Assembly (NCBI GenBank): GCA_035084275.1
Contig: CM068747.1
Location: 22,134,001-22,198,000 of the forward strand
Length of the DNA: 64,000 nt
Reading direction: 5' to 3'
From: Hydrolagus colliei
Lineage: Eukaryota
Positions 12,803 to 23,800 of the stretch are shown here, one piece after another. Made by a program: the position numbers and the translations under genes. Positions within the stretch are counted from its first letter, which is position 1; every line of letters starts with the position of its first letter. The notes under the pieces are model-generated. The model was not told where the DNA came from. It made no database searches and saw only the letters and a program-made list of their open reading frames with translations.

Positions 12803-14367
12803 TCCATTCTCTTCTGAAGGTTATAGCTGCACATCTCCTGTGAAGCACTTTGAGACATCTCAAAAACGTGATAAGGAGCTGTGTCAAATTCAAGGATTAT
12901 AATCATTATTATTATTTCAGCATTCCCATCTTCCAAAGAAATGTGTTTGTTCCATCAGTAATATCGGTCAAGTGAAACACGTTAGTTAACTAGTTAATGA
13001 AGTACAATTAGATGTAGTCTTATGGGAATTCAACCAAATATACTGCACAATAAAAACTTATCAGTGGTAGAGTATGAGTTAACTCCTACCAGATATTCCA
13101 TATCTCAATCAACCACAAGCAGCCAGCAAGTGGAAACAATGAGAGGAAATAAATCACAGCAACAGAACAATCACACCAACCTACATTACTCTAACACACC
13201 TTCAAATTTCACTTTCAAGTACAGTATTTCAGTTTGAAATTGTGCAGAGAGAGAGAGACATAAATAAATTGGGAGATAGCCTTCTCTCTTATTCATTCCC
13301 ACATCCTTCCCTTCCAATCAATTTTCCTTTAAATCGTTACAAATCTTTAACAAAAGATTCCTTTCTAACATTTGCATAGTGACTTGCAATAAATCTTCTT
13401 GCTTTACTATATGCTAACTCCACAGTAACTCAGCCCTTTCTGTTTCGATGCAAGAGAAACTATTTCAGTGGTATTGAACTGATCATCATTGAGCCCTGAT
13501 GCTCAGATGGATGCAATTATAAGGCATTATGACCCTGGGGCCATTATAATACTTAGTAGATGAATTACTCCTTTAAAAATAATCTAATTGTCAAAGAAAG
13601 CTTTGATGTTACAAAAAAAATCTGCAATCTTAGAATGAGTTCAACTGCCACAACTTAATAGTTACATCAGTTTGCTTGCATCCATCTAACAATGATGGAA
13701 CAGTTCAGCATTTTTCACGTAGCAGTTGGGCAACACGATTAATGAACTTGGCTCTACCTTGTGTTTAAATGAGCTCTCAGTCCCCTTTCTTATTCCATTA
13801 CACAACGCATTAGAACATTAATTATAGTTAGAGTATATTCATCATCAAACTGCAGGGGTCTCAGATAGCTATTGGAAAAGCTGAGCTCCAGCTATTCATC
13901 TAGACGTCAGCCGCTTCACATTCACCACCTTTAATGACTCAGCAAGGAATTCCCTTGAGATCGTCTCATTGTTAAATTTCTAAATAAGATGGATGATGTT
14001 TTATGTTACTAACTTGAAAAAAACAGTTAAGCATCAATTCTTATGTTATGAGAAAACACCTCATTTCTCAAAGTCCACAAACTTTGTTAACTGAACACTA
14101 TATTTTCTCGCCATTGTCTTGCTAAATAAGCCAAAAAATGCATCAGATCGTGTAGAAGCATTCGAGAATCTTAGGCTTTCACGAGGCAGAGGGTAGGAGT
14201 TAGGAATGGGTGAAGACATGTGTGGAGTATAACAACAACAACAACATTACACTTGTCTGGAGCCTTTCACGTCAAGAGGATACCAGCACGGACTGATTGA
14301 ACCAAGTGACCCGTTACTGTGCTATATATTCTGTCAATCTTTATGAAATTCTAGAGGTGGTCATATA

Positions 14368-15084
14368 CCGTATATCTCCGCGTATAAGGCGCACTTTTTT
14401 GCACGTCGGAAGATCTCGAAAGTTGGGGGTGCGCCCTATACGCAGGTACAAGAAATTTTGAGCCTCGGAAATACAGTAAACAGGAGGGGCGGCTGGCGCG
14501 CTGTCAGCCGGGGTTTGGTCAGTGTCCGGCGGGGGTTGGGGGGAGCGGGTGACGGGGCTTCGGCCTCGGCCGCCCAGGCAGCGGCAGCAGCAGCGGACTT
14601 CAGTGCTGTGCCTGCTGCCTGCCATCTGCCTTACCCAGTCTGCCTGCCTCACTCCCTGCCGCTCTCTCTCCCTGCCTGCCTGCCTCTCTCCCTCTCTCTC
14701 TCCCTGCCTGCCTGCCTCTCCCTCCCTCCCTGCCTGCCTGCGTGCCTGCCTGCCTCTCTCCCTCCCTGGCTGCCTGCCTGCTTCCCTCCCTCCCTCCCTC
14801 CCTGGCTGCCTTCCTGCCTGCCTCCATCCCTCCCTCTCTCTCTCCCTCCCTCCCTGTCTGCCTCCCTCCCTGCCTGCCTGCCTCTCTTCCTGTCTGCCTG
14901 TCTCCCTCTCTCCCTCCCTGGCTGCCTGCCTCTCTCTCTCTCCCTACCTACCTGTCTCTCCTGTCTCTCCTCCCTTCTGCCGGCAATATCATTGAAAATG
15001 CTTCCGTTTTTTTTCACCAAGAAAAGGTCAAAAGTGGGGGGTGCGCCTTATACGCGGGTGCGCCTTATATACGGAGATATACGG
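14368..15084. mobile_element. Tigger/pogo-like non-autonomous DNA transposon with CCTG/CCCT low-complexity core
   Basis: TIR CCGTATATCTCCG(C/T)(G/A)TATAAGGCGCAC at both ends, TA flanks. Confidence 0.88.
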
Positions 15085-15719
15085 TAGTTTACGGCACTAT
15101 TTGGTCTACTGCTTTACAATGCTGACCAGATCACTTGATGCTGGTGCCTCTCCACTTGGGTGGATTCTGATCTATAGCGAACTGTACTGCAAATTGTATA
15201 TCCCTTTGTTCAAACAATGGGATTCGTGTTCATTTACATACCAAAAATAGCTCACCTTGTTTTCTTTAGACAAATGTCTATGTGCCCATCCTGTGCACAA
15301 TTGTGCATGTTAAGCATATTAATCTGCATCATGATAGGGTTCAGTTACTTTGTTGCCTGGATTTAGTAATAGAACGTATCGTCAAATGTATAATTATACC
15401 CGTCATTCACATACAATGGAGAAAACAAGTAGAACAAGGAGAATTAGGGAGGAATGTAGAGATGTAAAAAGCCACTTGTTACACAATAATTAAAGAGCTG
15501 ATTTAATCATGTACATTTTACATCCATCACCTACCTTCTGACGCCTACTCTAAATTAACTGGCTGAAGTTGATCAATTGTGAAATTCTTCATTTGAATTT
15601 TACTCCAAAACAGCCTCATGATTCACATACTCTGTTGCCTATTATTATAAGGTGTTTGTTTTACCACAACATGCTTCAACTTAATGCTGAAGTATTTTCT
15701 AATTAGAGTTGCTATATTA

Positions 15720-16028
15720 GATAATACAATAATAATCCTTGCATTTGACATAGCACTTTTCACATCTTCGAGAAGTCTCAAAGCTCTTCACAAGATATAC
15801 TGTGGAGTGAATTGATTGTGTATTTGTGAGCAACACACGGCAGCCAATTGCACACAGCAGTTTCCCACAGTCGTGGATAGAAATGAGCAATTTATTAATG
15901 GGGTTTTTTCGAGGGATTATCAGGCGTGCTGAGTAAGCAAACTTGTCCAAGGTTTCGCCCTGCCTGGAATCCAATCCAGTTCTCTCGCTTGCAAGGCAAG
16001 AGCTCTAATCACTGAACTACAGGACTGC
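15720..16028 (-). mobile_element. tRNA-derived SINE, full length
   Basis: Head, central GCTGTGTGCAATTGGCTGCC motif and tail present. Confidence 0.88.
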
Positions 16029-17171
16029 AGACGGATTTGAAGCACATTTATAATAATCCTTAATTTGGCAATGTGCCTCTCATTTCAGAATGTCCCAAAT
16101 CGCTTCACTGGATATACTTTAAAGTGCAGTGACTATGTTTTGTGTGCATTTCAATCAGCATCAGACTGGACCATTGTAACCCTTTAGCTATAATCTAATT
16201 CACAATTAAAACTATTAGCTAAAATGATTGATAACCAAGATTTGACCCACACTAAATTGCTTTACTAAGGTCCAGTTGTAGCACCAAGTTGCTTAATTTT
16301 AATTCTTTTGAGCCCGACTGCTGAAACGAGAGCTGTATTTGATACTCTGCTTAATCAAGAGACATTCCACTGCTTTAATCCAATTAACCACTAATCCCTT
16401 AAAAATTCAATTATAATCAGATTTGAAGTTGTTCTGATGAAATTCTAGATCAGCAAACATACTTTGAGAAATTATTTTGTTTCTAATGTTCTATGTATGA
16501 CAAGTGTAATTTTTTGGGGGGGATGAAGGCTCTTTATAGATAATTCTTCCAAGACTAGCGTCTTCACATTGCAGCATAGAGCAGTTACGATACCTCAAAC
16601 AAAGCTACTGTGAAACCTGTTCCAGCTGTTAATTATTATATGTAAATATTTTCTATTTAACAGATAGCATTTTATGGGACTGGACTGCTCCTTGTTGGCA
16701 AAGAGGATGTGGCAATCTGCCAATATCCTGCGAGCCACCTGCCAGAAGCTGTAGGGTTTCACATAAATTTGCAGACAAGTGTAATTTGGTTCAGTTAACA
16801 GACTTCAATAGGTCGGTTTGTGCATTGGGTAAGAACTGAGAAAGTGATTATTTTCAGAGATTAACAGGATATGCACCTGGCTTCAGTACTGCCACACAAA
16901 AAGGTATTTGAATAGAATTTGTTGAAGAGAAAAATGAGATAAAATTGACTTATTGCCTAAAATATGCATAGAAAGTAACAACGTGTTTATTTATAAGCCC
17001 TACAAAGTGTCACTTTTGCAACTTTGTCTTCCTTCAGTACAGTATTATCAAATTGGCTGTTGTGATCCACTTACTTCGACTAGAGGATACAAGTTCCGGC
17101 TGAAAGTATAGAATTTATATACTGTACAGTACTGTAGCACTTACAAATAACACTTCTAGAGTGCTCCAGTA

Positions 17172-17190
17172 CTGCCACTAGATGGTGCTC
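17172..17190 (+). promoter_or_regulatory. CTCF-like motif with upstream-module-like flank
   Basis: CTCCAGTA-CTGCCACTAGATGGTGCTC. Confidence 0.6.
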
Positions 17191-17451
17191 ATAATTCAGT
17201 ACTGTACTGAATATCCACTATTGACAGTGTCCCAGAATTAAAGTGACCTTTTAAAGTAGCCTACAGTATTTTCATTACAGCCTATTTTTGGTGAACTGTT
17301 CTAATCAGTAATGGATAAGGCTGGCAGTAACTCAGGTTATAAAATGAATAAGGTTTCATTTATGGGTTGCAACTAATTTTTTTTAAAAATCCAAGATCAT
17401 CAATCATAATTTAACTTTAATGTATCCAGACCTTGATTGATGATGCATAAT

Positions 17452-17845
17452 ACAACAACAAAATTACAATTGTATAGCGCCTTTCGTGTCGGGAGGACGT
17501 CCCAAGGCGTTGGACAGTCCGTGTTTCAGACCCAAGCTTGGTTTGGGATCAGGGAGGGTGGAGGGAAAGGAGGGTGACCGAAGGGACAGTCGAAGAGGTG
17601 GGTCTTGAGGCGGAACCTGAAGGAGGCTAGGGAAAGGGCGCAGTGGAGGGATTGCGAGATGGAATTCCAAAGATATGGGGCAGAGTGGCTGCAGGCTCAC
17701 CCGCCTATGGTGGGCAGGTGGGTCGGGGAACCGGAGCCCATTGAGCAGAGGGAGCGGGCAGGTTAGTAGGGGGTTAGGAGGTTGCTGAGGTTGAGTGGGG
17801 CAAGGCCATGGAGGGATTTGAAGGTGAGGAACAGGATCGTTTGAA
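17452..17845 (-). mobile_element. L2 3' fragment (tail type B)
   Basis: GCCTTGGGACGTCCTCCCGACACGAAAGGCGC tail, (GTT)n. Confidence 0.85.
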
Positions 17846-18271
17846 TTCCACTACAAAATTAAGATTTTAAAATGAAAAACAAATTGCTGACAAGTCCACA
17901 TCGGAACAATGATCATCCGTTAACGAAGGGTCCATTTTCAGATTTCCTGTGATCACTTTTTCCTTTTATTCAATGGAAAATGAAGAAATTGCTTAGGCTT
18001 GGATTAAATGAACAGATTGTAAAGCAAGGCCATATTAGAAATGGATTGTTTTTCTTCTAATGAGAAACAAGACATTTATTTAGCACGCGTGCGAGTTGAA
18101 GGTGTGGATGTGGGCCTGAGTTGCTGTCCTGCAGATGTGGAGTGGCGTGCTTGTGAGTCAAGCTAAATGAGTGCTTCTGTGGATGTAGCCTCTCCTGCGG
18201 TTACTGGAGCATTCAAGTCCCCAGTGAAGTTTCAAAACTAGAATACCAAGTTACCAACTCAAATGTCAAAT

Positions 18272-18665
18272 TGTTTCACTTTTAAAGCCCTCCACAGCCT
18301 CACCCCACCCTACCTCTGCAACCTCCTAACCCCCTACCAACCTGCCTGCCTGCTACTCAGCGGCCTCCGGCCTGCTCCACATGCCCCCGACCCATCCCAT
18401 CAGTCGGCGAGCCTTCGGCCACTTTGCCCCAAACCTCTGGAACTCCATCCCGCAATCCCTCTGCCTCGCCCCCTCCTTGGCCTACTTCAAGTCCCGCCTC
18501 AAGCCCCTTCTCTTTGACGGTCCCATCGGTCACCCCAAATCCCCCCCTTTCCCTCCACCTTCCCCGTCCCCAGATCGGGTCTGAAACAATTACTGTCCAG
18601 CGTCTTGGGACATCCTCCTGACATGAAAGGTGCTGTACAAGTGTCATATTGTTGTTGTTGTTGTT
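18272..18665 (+). mobile_element. L2 3' fragment (tail type B)
   Basis: FTFKALHSLTPPYL...[12 protein letters not shown] remnant; (GTT)n tail. Confidence 0.87.
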
Positions 18666-19196
18666 AGTACCAAAACTACAAATTATTCATCTTGCTGACA
18701 GAAACTGAGCAGACATTTTTTAAAAAAAACATTCAAATAGCAGAACCCATCTGCAGTGTACACTTCCCAGGAATTGATGAATAGGATTGATTCCCATGTG
18801 TGGTATAATTATTGTAAATGGGAAATATGCCGAAGTATTTAACCTTATCAGAAAACATTGACTTACTTTCTTTTTGTTTCAATGTGGTCAGTTAAGGACT
18901 TAATAATAATGTGAAGAGAGACTAGAGTGAAAAAGCAGGTTATTTAACATAAATTTGGCAACACTTTGCAGGGAATTTATAAAGGGACAGAATTGGTACC
19001 CCTACAGGGGAAATAGGTCATTCTTTTCATAAGTTTTCAGAACATAAATAATGAAACTTTATTACATTGCTTCAAATTCTGAAATATTGCAATGTTGTTC
19101 AGCACCAAAATCCATCAGCAACACATGCAAGTGAAGTCACCAAAATTATACCAAATCATTTAAGTCGAACTAAATGCAATCTCGGTTACTACACAG

Positions 19197-20164
19197 TAGG
19201 GTCCGGCGATATATCGATATATCGCTGAAACCCGATATAATTTTCATATCAATACGCCGATATAGGCATTTCAAAAATATTGATATATCGAAAAATCAAT
19301 ATATCGAGGTAAAAAATCGGAATGCGCGCACACTGAACTACAAGACCCAGAATGCTCATCTCTATACACAATGCACAGACCAAGGTGCAAAGCCGCCATA
19401 TTGTATTCATAGTCCTAGAATACAATATACAGGTATGCAAGGGGTGAGGGGAAAGAGAAGGCTGGGGTGGGGGGTGAGAGAGATTGCTGGGGGGGGGGTG
19501 GGGGGGAGAGAGACGGCTGGGGGGTTGGTGGTGAGACGGCTGGTGGGGGGGGTGAGAGAGATGACTGGTGGGGGGTGCGGGGGGGAGAGAGACGGCTGGT
19601 GGGGGTGTGGGGGGTAGAGAGATGGCTGGTGGGGGGTGGGTGGGGAGAGAGATGGCTGGTGGGGGGTGGGGGGGGGGGGGGAGAGAGACGGCTGGTGGGG
19701 GGTGCGAGAGACGGCTGGGGGGGGTGAGAGAGAGACGGCTGGGGGGTGTGGGGCGGGAGAGAGATGGCTTGGGGGGGTGTGGGGGGGGGGGAGAGAGAGA
19801 TGGCTGGTGGGGGGAGGAAGAGAGACGGCTGGTGGGGGGTGGGGGGGTGAGAGACGGCTGGGGGGGGGTGGGAGGGAGAGAGACGGCTGGGGGGGGGTGT
19901 GGGGGGGAGAGAGACGGCTGGTGGGGGGTGGGGGGGGGGGGGGGGAGAGAGACGGCTGGGGGGAGGTGGGGGGGGGAGGGATAAGATGGAGAGAGTGAGA
20001 GACACAGAGAAAGATATTTACCTCCTGAGGAGATAGGCCCGGAATGCGCGCGCCACGCACGCATGCGCAGTACGAAACCCCTGAAAATATCGATATTTCG
20101 GTATATCTCGATATGAGCCGATCGATATATCTAAATCGGAAAATTTCCATATCGACGGACCCTA
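19197..20164. mobile_element. Non-autonomous hAT transposon with G-rich minisatellite core
   Basis: TIR TAGGGTCCG(G/T)CGATAT, perfect 8-bp TSD CTACACAG (19189-19196 and 20165-20172), repeated subterminal ATATCG/CGATAT motifs. Confidence 0.93.
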
Positions 20165-20230
20165 CTACACAGTTGTCACAGACAAACATTATTGCTATGA
20201 AATGGTCCCAGATTTGTACAATGTTTTCTT

Positions 20231-20236
20231 TTTAAT
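20231..20236 (-). terminator. Candidate NUP35 polyadenylation signal (ATTAAA)
   Basis: First A(A/T)TAAA I found on the minus strand after the stop codon, about 515 nt downstream; by-eye scan. Confidence 0.45.
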
Positions 20237-20749
20237 TGATTTATAAAAATTATTTTTAAATTACAGCTTAAAACCAGCAAGAGCAGGTTTCAATTCAGTT
20301 CAGAAAAGGAGAGGCAAAGAACATGATTTTTTTTCAAAAGACAAAAACAAAGAATTTAGTAAATGTTTTCAGACGATAGAATGGTGCCCACAAACATTTA
20401 AAAAGGCAACAATTTTGACACTTGGCTTACCAGCTTTATGTGAAAAAGAACCCTTGAAATCACACTTCCTGTAAATCTCTGCACAAAAAACCATAAAGTG
20501 CACACTATTTACAAGTTACCTGCATAGAAAACAACTGTTGGCAAATGCAAATCCACATCATAGTAAGTGGTTATACAACTAACCAAACTGTATTAGCCGT
20601 TTACAGCCCTTCGCTGTTAATTAATAAAGGTAGTGTGTGCAAATGCACTTGAAAATGCAGCAGTGATTCGAAACCGTTCGCCACGATCAATGATCATTAA
20701 GTCATTCATTTTCGAACGAATCTCTATTCCAGGTTTCTTAATGGATGCA

Positions 20750-20827
20750 CTACCAGCCAAACATGTACTCCATGGCTTTGGAAACAAGGCTATCATCCTT
20801 TTTAGGCGTCTGTCGATCTGTAATCAC
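20750..20827 (-). CDS. NUP35: NUP35 exon 9 (last coding exon)
   Basis: [25 protein letters not shown]-stop (TAG). Confidence 0.97.
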   Translation of the reverse strand: MITDRQTPKKDDSLVSKAMEYMFGW

Positions 20828-23800
20828 CTTAAGACAACAAAGGGAAGAAAAAGAAAAAGAACATTACATTTTGCTCAAAGGTTCCTCTTAAATTTCAACT
20901 CTTCCCATTGAAAATTGAATCATTGCAGCAGGAACAAATCCAGTTTTCACAAACCTGGTTGTTTTTCACAAACCTGGTTGTTTTTCACAAACCTGGTTGT
21001 TTTTTCACAAATCTGGTAGTTTTTTCACAAACCTGGTAAATTTCACAAACCTGGTAGTTTTTTCACAAACCTGGTAGTCGCTGCTGGAAACTTTGTATGC
21101 TGCTGCAAGCGGTCTCATCGCAGTTGTTTTCGGTGTGCTGGTGGACTGTGTAGGCGTGCATACTGTTTTCATGGGAGGAGTGAAGACTGATGAAGGGACA
21201 GAGTTTCTGTTGCAGCCTTCCATGACACCCTTGAAAATGCACATAAGTAATTTCACGGTCACTATTTTTACATCATTTCTCATCATTTTTGATTTTAACA
21301 ATAAACACAAAGTAATAAGCAAGTTAACACAAGATACATCTTTGGCCAAGAATGTAATTTCTTAAGTATTCTTCTGTTAGGAGGAACAAACATCAAGTAG
21401 TCTATTCATTGCCGGTGAATATTGTGCGGAGTGAAGGTGGAAGGATAAAAAAGGGAGTGTTTGAAAACATATGGATACATTGATACTGTTTCTCCAAACC
21501 TCCCCAACTATTTTAAGAGAAACTACAAAAAGCAAATGCTAATGATCATCAGGGAAACTGTCTGTGAGGACTGGAGTTCATAAGTCCTCCATTGATTGGC
21601 TTTGTAAGAACCTTAAAGAAAACACATTGCACTGCAGACATCAGTAGTAGTGTCAAACATCTAATGTTTCTTTCAAAGCCTCCTCACCTTAGTTTCCAAC
21701 CACAGCTTGATGACAATGTTCAACTGTTTGCTCACCAATTACAGTAAAAGCCTGTTTATCTGGTCACCACGGGAGCCGGCCAATGCCGGTTAAACGGCAT
21801 GCCGGATATTTGGTCACATCCAATTCCGAAAACCCAACGCAAAACAATTACCTTATTTTAACACATACCATATTAATAATAGACTAACTAATAACAGACC
21901 TTTGTTATTCACCTAAAAATCACCTTTGCTGGTAGATGCCTGGTTTGAAGCCATGATGCTGGAGAAGTGTACAGTCAAACGGCAGCACGACTTTAAGGCT
22001 CTACTAGCAGCAAGCCAAAATACCTGTACAGTACTCTCGTGGGACAATCGATTCATTAAATGCTCCATCGTGATTGTGCCGGATGACATCCAGTTAATCG
22101 GATGGGAACTTTTCCTGTATTTTGAGGTTTAATATATTATGGGTATATAAATTCAGCAAACCCACCTTTTCAATGCATGGCTTAACTCCAACCATGATGG
22201 CTTCTCCAAAAATCTTTCCGTCTTTACTTAGCGCTTTCCTGGCTTGGAGTTTAGACTGATATTGAATATGCATCCAGTTCCCATTGTTTGACATCTGCAT
22301 AATGTTCAACAACCAGAGTCTGTTAGATATACTTGGCACTTTTACTGCATTTCAACTGATGATCACAATATATACTATGTTTTTCATGGCAATTCAACGT
22401 GAAAAGTGCAGAGCATGAAACACAGATAAATAATAATAATAAGCCTTGTATTTGATACAGCGCCTTATCACATCTTCTAGACATCGCAAAGCACGTCGCA
22501 GAATAGACTGCATTGAATTGACTGCATATTTTGTGGGTATAAGACGGCAGTCAGTTATGCACAGCCGTGTCCCACAACCAGTCATGGTTTGAGTGACCAA
22601 ATTATTGTAACTTAAAAATGTTTTTCAAAACGCAAGATAATTATTGGAATAACATGTCATTTTGTACAAGAGAGGAGTCTTCATTTGCTGAGCTTCAGGA
22701 TAAAAATGATTTAGGTATGAGCAATGACTGAGGATATCCAGGTCATTGGAATCTACTGCAACAAAGCTAATCAAATGCTAGGGTCAATCCAATCAATCAA
22801 AACTTACATTTATATAACACCTTTCGAGTCGAGAGGACGTCCCAAGGCACTGTACAGTCAGGTAGGGACAAGAACAGGCGGGGAGGGGCAGGATGAAGGA
22901 GAGTAGGAGAATTGACTGTATATTTGTGGGAGAAACACAACAGCCAAATTGCACATAGCAGTGTTGCACAAACAGTCTTGGAAGTGGAATTACGGGAGAA
23001 AAGGGGAAAAGAGGGTAAGGAGGGAGAGATGGCAAGGGGAGGGATCAGGGTAGGGGGAAGGAGAGCAGGAAAACCAACTGTATATTTGAGGGCGAAACGC
23101 GGCAGCCAAATTGCACACAGCAGTGTCCCACAAACAGTTGCGGAAATGGGACCAGGGGAGAAAGGGGAAAAGAGGGTATGGGGGGAGAGGGAGGGAAAGG
23201 TGGGTGGGAGGTCAAAATCAGGGAGAAAGCAGGGTAAGAAAGAAGAGGGAGANNNNNNNNNNNNNNNNNNNNNNNNNNNNNNNNNNNNNNNNNNNNNNNN
23301 NNNNNNNNNNNNNNNNNNNNNNNNNNNNNNNNNNNNNNNNNNNNNNNNNNNNNNNNNNNNNNNNNNNNNNNNNNNNNNNNNNNNNNNNNNNNNNNNNNNN
23401 NNNNNNNNNNNNNNNNNNNNNNNNNNNNNNNNNNNNNNNNNNNNNNNNNNNNNNNNNNNNNNNNNNNNNNNNNNNNNNNNNNNNNNNNNNNNNNNNGGGG
23501 CGGTAGGGGGATTAAACAACAATGGGGTACAGCATGAGGGCAAATGACAACATATCTAAAGGGGCTAGGCTAGTTTTGTCAGTTAAAGATTGTGTGCCAT
23601 TAGAGCACCCTACCTTCAAAAAATCATTCAAGCAGGAGAGAATTCAGAAGAGAAACAAGGATGATAGAGAATGGGGGGAAAAAAACATAACCAAGTTCTT
23701 TAAAACGATGAAGTGCCATGTAAGCACATAGAGTCCTGAAAAAAGTATGAGTTTTTTGTCTCCTCTCTTTATGACATTACATATAAGTAAAAGATCACCA

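Noticed and set aside
14341-15125. Overlapping LPAC/GRQA-rich ORFs
   Set aside because: Translation of the CCTG low-complexity core of a TIR-bounded MITE
19174-20189. Several 120-270 aa Pro- or Gly-rich ORFs
   Set aside because: G-rich minisatellite inside the hAT element; no transposase motifs
20944-21077. CRISPR-like array
   Set aside because: Eukaryotic intron, repeats are contiguous with no unique spacers, no cas genes
22793-23547. Long ORFs spanning N runs (also 12116-12592)
   Set aside because: Artefacts of assembly gaps plus SINE and purine-rich sequence
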